Assembly: GCA_964357045.1 (NCBI GenBank)
Contig: CAYHJV010000011.1
Span: 1-13,429 of the forward strand
Source of the DNA: Candidatus Woesearchaeota archaeon
Lineage (GTDB): Archaea > Nanobdellota > Nanobdellia > Pacearchaeales > GW2011-AR1
Direction: 5' to 3'
DNA: 13,429 nt
The notes below the pieces were generated by a model, which saw nothing but the letters and a program-made list of their open reading frames with translations, was not told where the DNA came from and searched no databases. Of the stretch, positions 13,001-13,429 are shown piece after piece (the stretch's first letter is position 1; each line of letters starts with the position of its first letter). Position numbers and translations under genes: made by a program.

Positions 13001-13429
13001 ATGAGTATTAAGATTGGTTTTTTCAGAAAATTTGTGAACAGATTTCTGTATGTTCTAGGATATTTTGGACCTGGAAATAGTTTAAGAGTTTTTGCAAACA
13101 GAGCCCGTTGAGTAAAGATAGGAAAAAATGTGTTCATAGATGCTTTCGTTCATATAGATACCGCAGTTCCCCATTTAGTAAAAATAGAAGATAATGTAAA
13201 ACTTTCCATTGGTGTAAAAATATTTGCACATAACTCAGTGTTTCAAGATATAAATTCTCAAGATCCAATAATAATCTCTCCAGTTTTAATAAAAAAAAGG
13301 GCTCAGCTTGCCCCCAATGTAATTGTCTTAGAAGGCGTAACCATTGGGGAAAACTCCATTATCGGTACTTCTGCAGTAGTTAATCACGATATACCAAATG
13401 GAATGATAGCGGTTGGGATTCCTGCAAAA
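13001..13429 (+). CDS. Left-handed beta-helix (hexapeptide-repeat) sugar O-acetyltransferase, WcaF/WbbJ-like. The frame is interrupted by an in-frame TGA at 13109-13111 (possible pseudogene), and the 3' end lies beyond the window
   Basis: Not in the ORF track; I translated it by hand. The sequence reads MSIKIGFFRKFVNRFLYVLGYFGPGNSLRVFANRAR-TGA-VKIGKNVFIDAFVHIDTAVPHLVKIEDNVKLSIGVKIFAHNSVFQ...APNVIVLEGVTIGENSIIGTSAVVNHDIPNGMIAVGIPAK, all in one frame. The homologue pattern (LRLFGAKIGKNVVI...) spans the stop. If the TGA is a real stop, the next usable in-frame start is GTG at 13130. Confidence 0.65.

Noticed and set aside
13109-13111. Whole-window genetic-code reassignment (UGA=Gly table 25, or UGA=Trp table 4)
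   Set aside because: There is only one in-frame TGA in about 3,900 codons of confident coding sequence, and a TGA terminates the GT2 gene at a plausible C-terminus. A reassigned code should scatter TGAs through most genes. It is kept as a minor alternative in the findings.
1-13429. Scanned for CRISPR arrays, tRNA/rRNA genes, transposases/integrases and long terminal or tandem repeats
   Set aside because: I saw no regularly spaced repeats, no GC-rich structured RNA-like segments and no recombinase-like ORFs. An eye scan cannot exclude short or degenerate elements.

Overview
This window is very AT-rich, about 22-32% GC in the 60-nt lines I hand-counted, apart from one richer block. It reads as a cell-surface glycan biosynthesis island. 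I found no rRNA, tRNA, CRISPR array, transposase or integrase. From left to right: (1) the 5' part of a minus-strand Wzx-type flippase, missing from the ORF track because it runs off the window; (2) a large TagB/TagF-like GT-B transferase with an unassigned N-terminal half; (3) a nonulosonic-acid (NulO, sialic-acid-like) module made of an SDR oxidoreductase, a NeuA-family cytidylyltransferase, a Gfo/Idh/MocA oxidoreductase and a 959-codon ORF; (4) a minus-strand operon of two GT4 glycosyltransferases, an ArnD-like CE4 deacetylase and a GT2 glycosyltransferase; (5) the 5' part of a hexapeptide-repeat acetyltransferase, also missing from the ORF track. The 959-codon ORF is the most unusual object. 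It fuses a NeuB-type synthase plus SAF domain, a xylose-isomerase-like TIM barrel and a zinc-ribbon SAM methyltransferase. Its NeuB and TIM-barrel part sits in a clearly GC-richer block (38-60% in sampled lines) that ends where the methyltransferase module begins with its own in-frame ATG. Two genes are disrupted: the GT2 gene is split by a 1-nt frameshift at an A8/T8 homopolymer, and the acetyltransferase frame carries an in-frame TGA at a position where homologues normally have Gly. Start codons generally lack Shine-Dalgarno motifs. I cannot assign a taxon from this sequence. Every functional call rests on motif recognition by eye, not on database searches.
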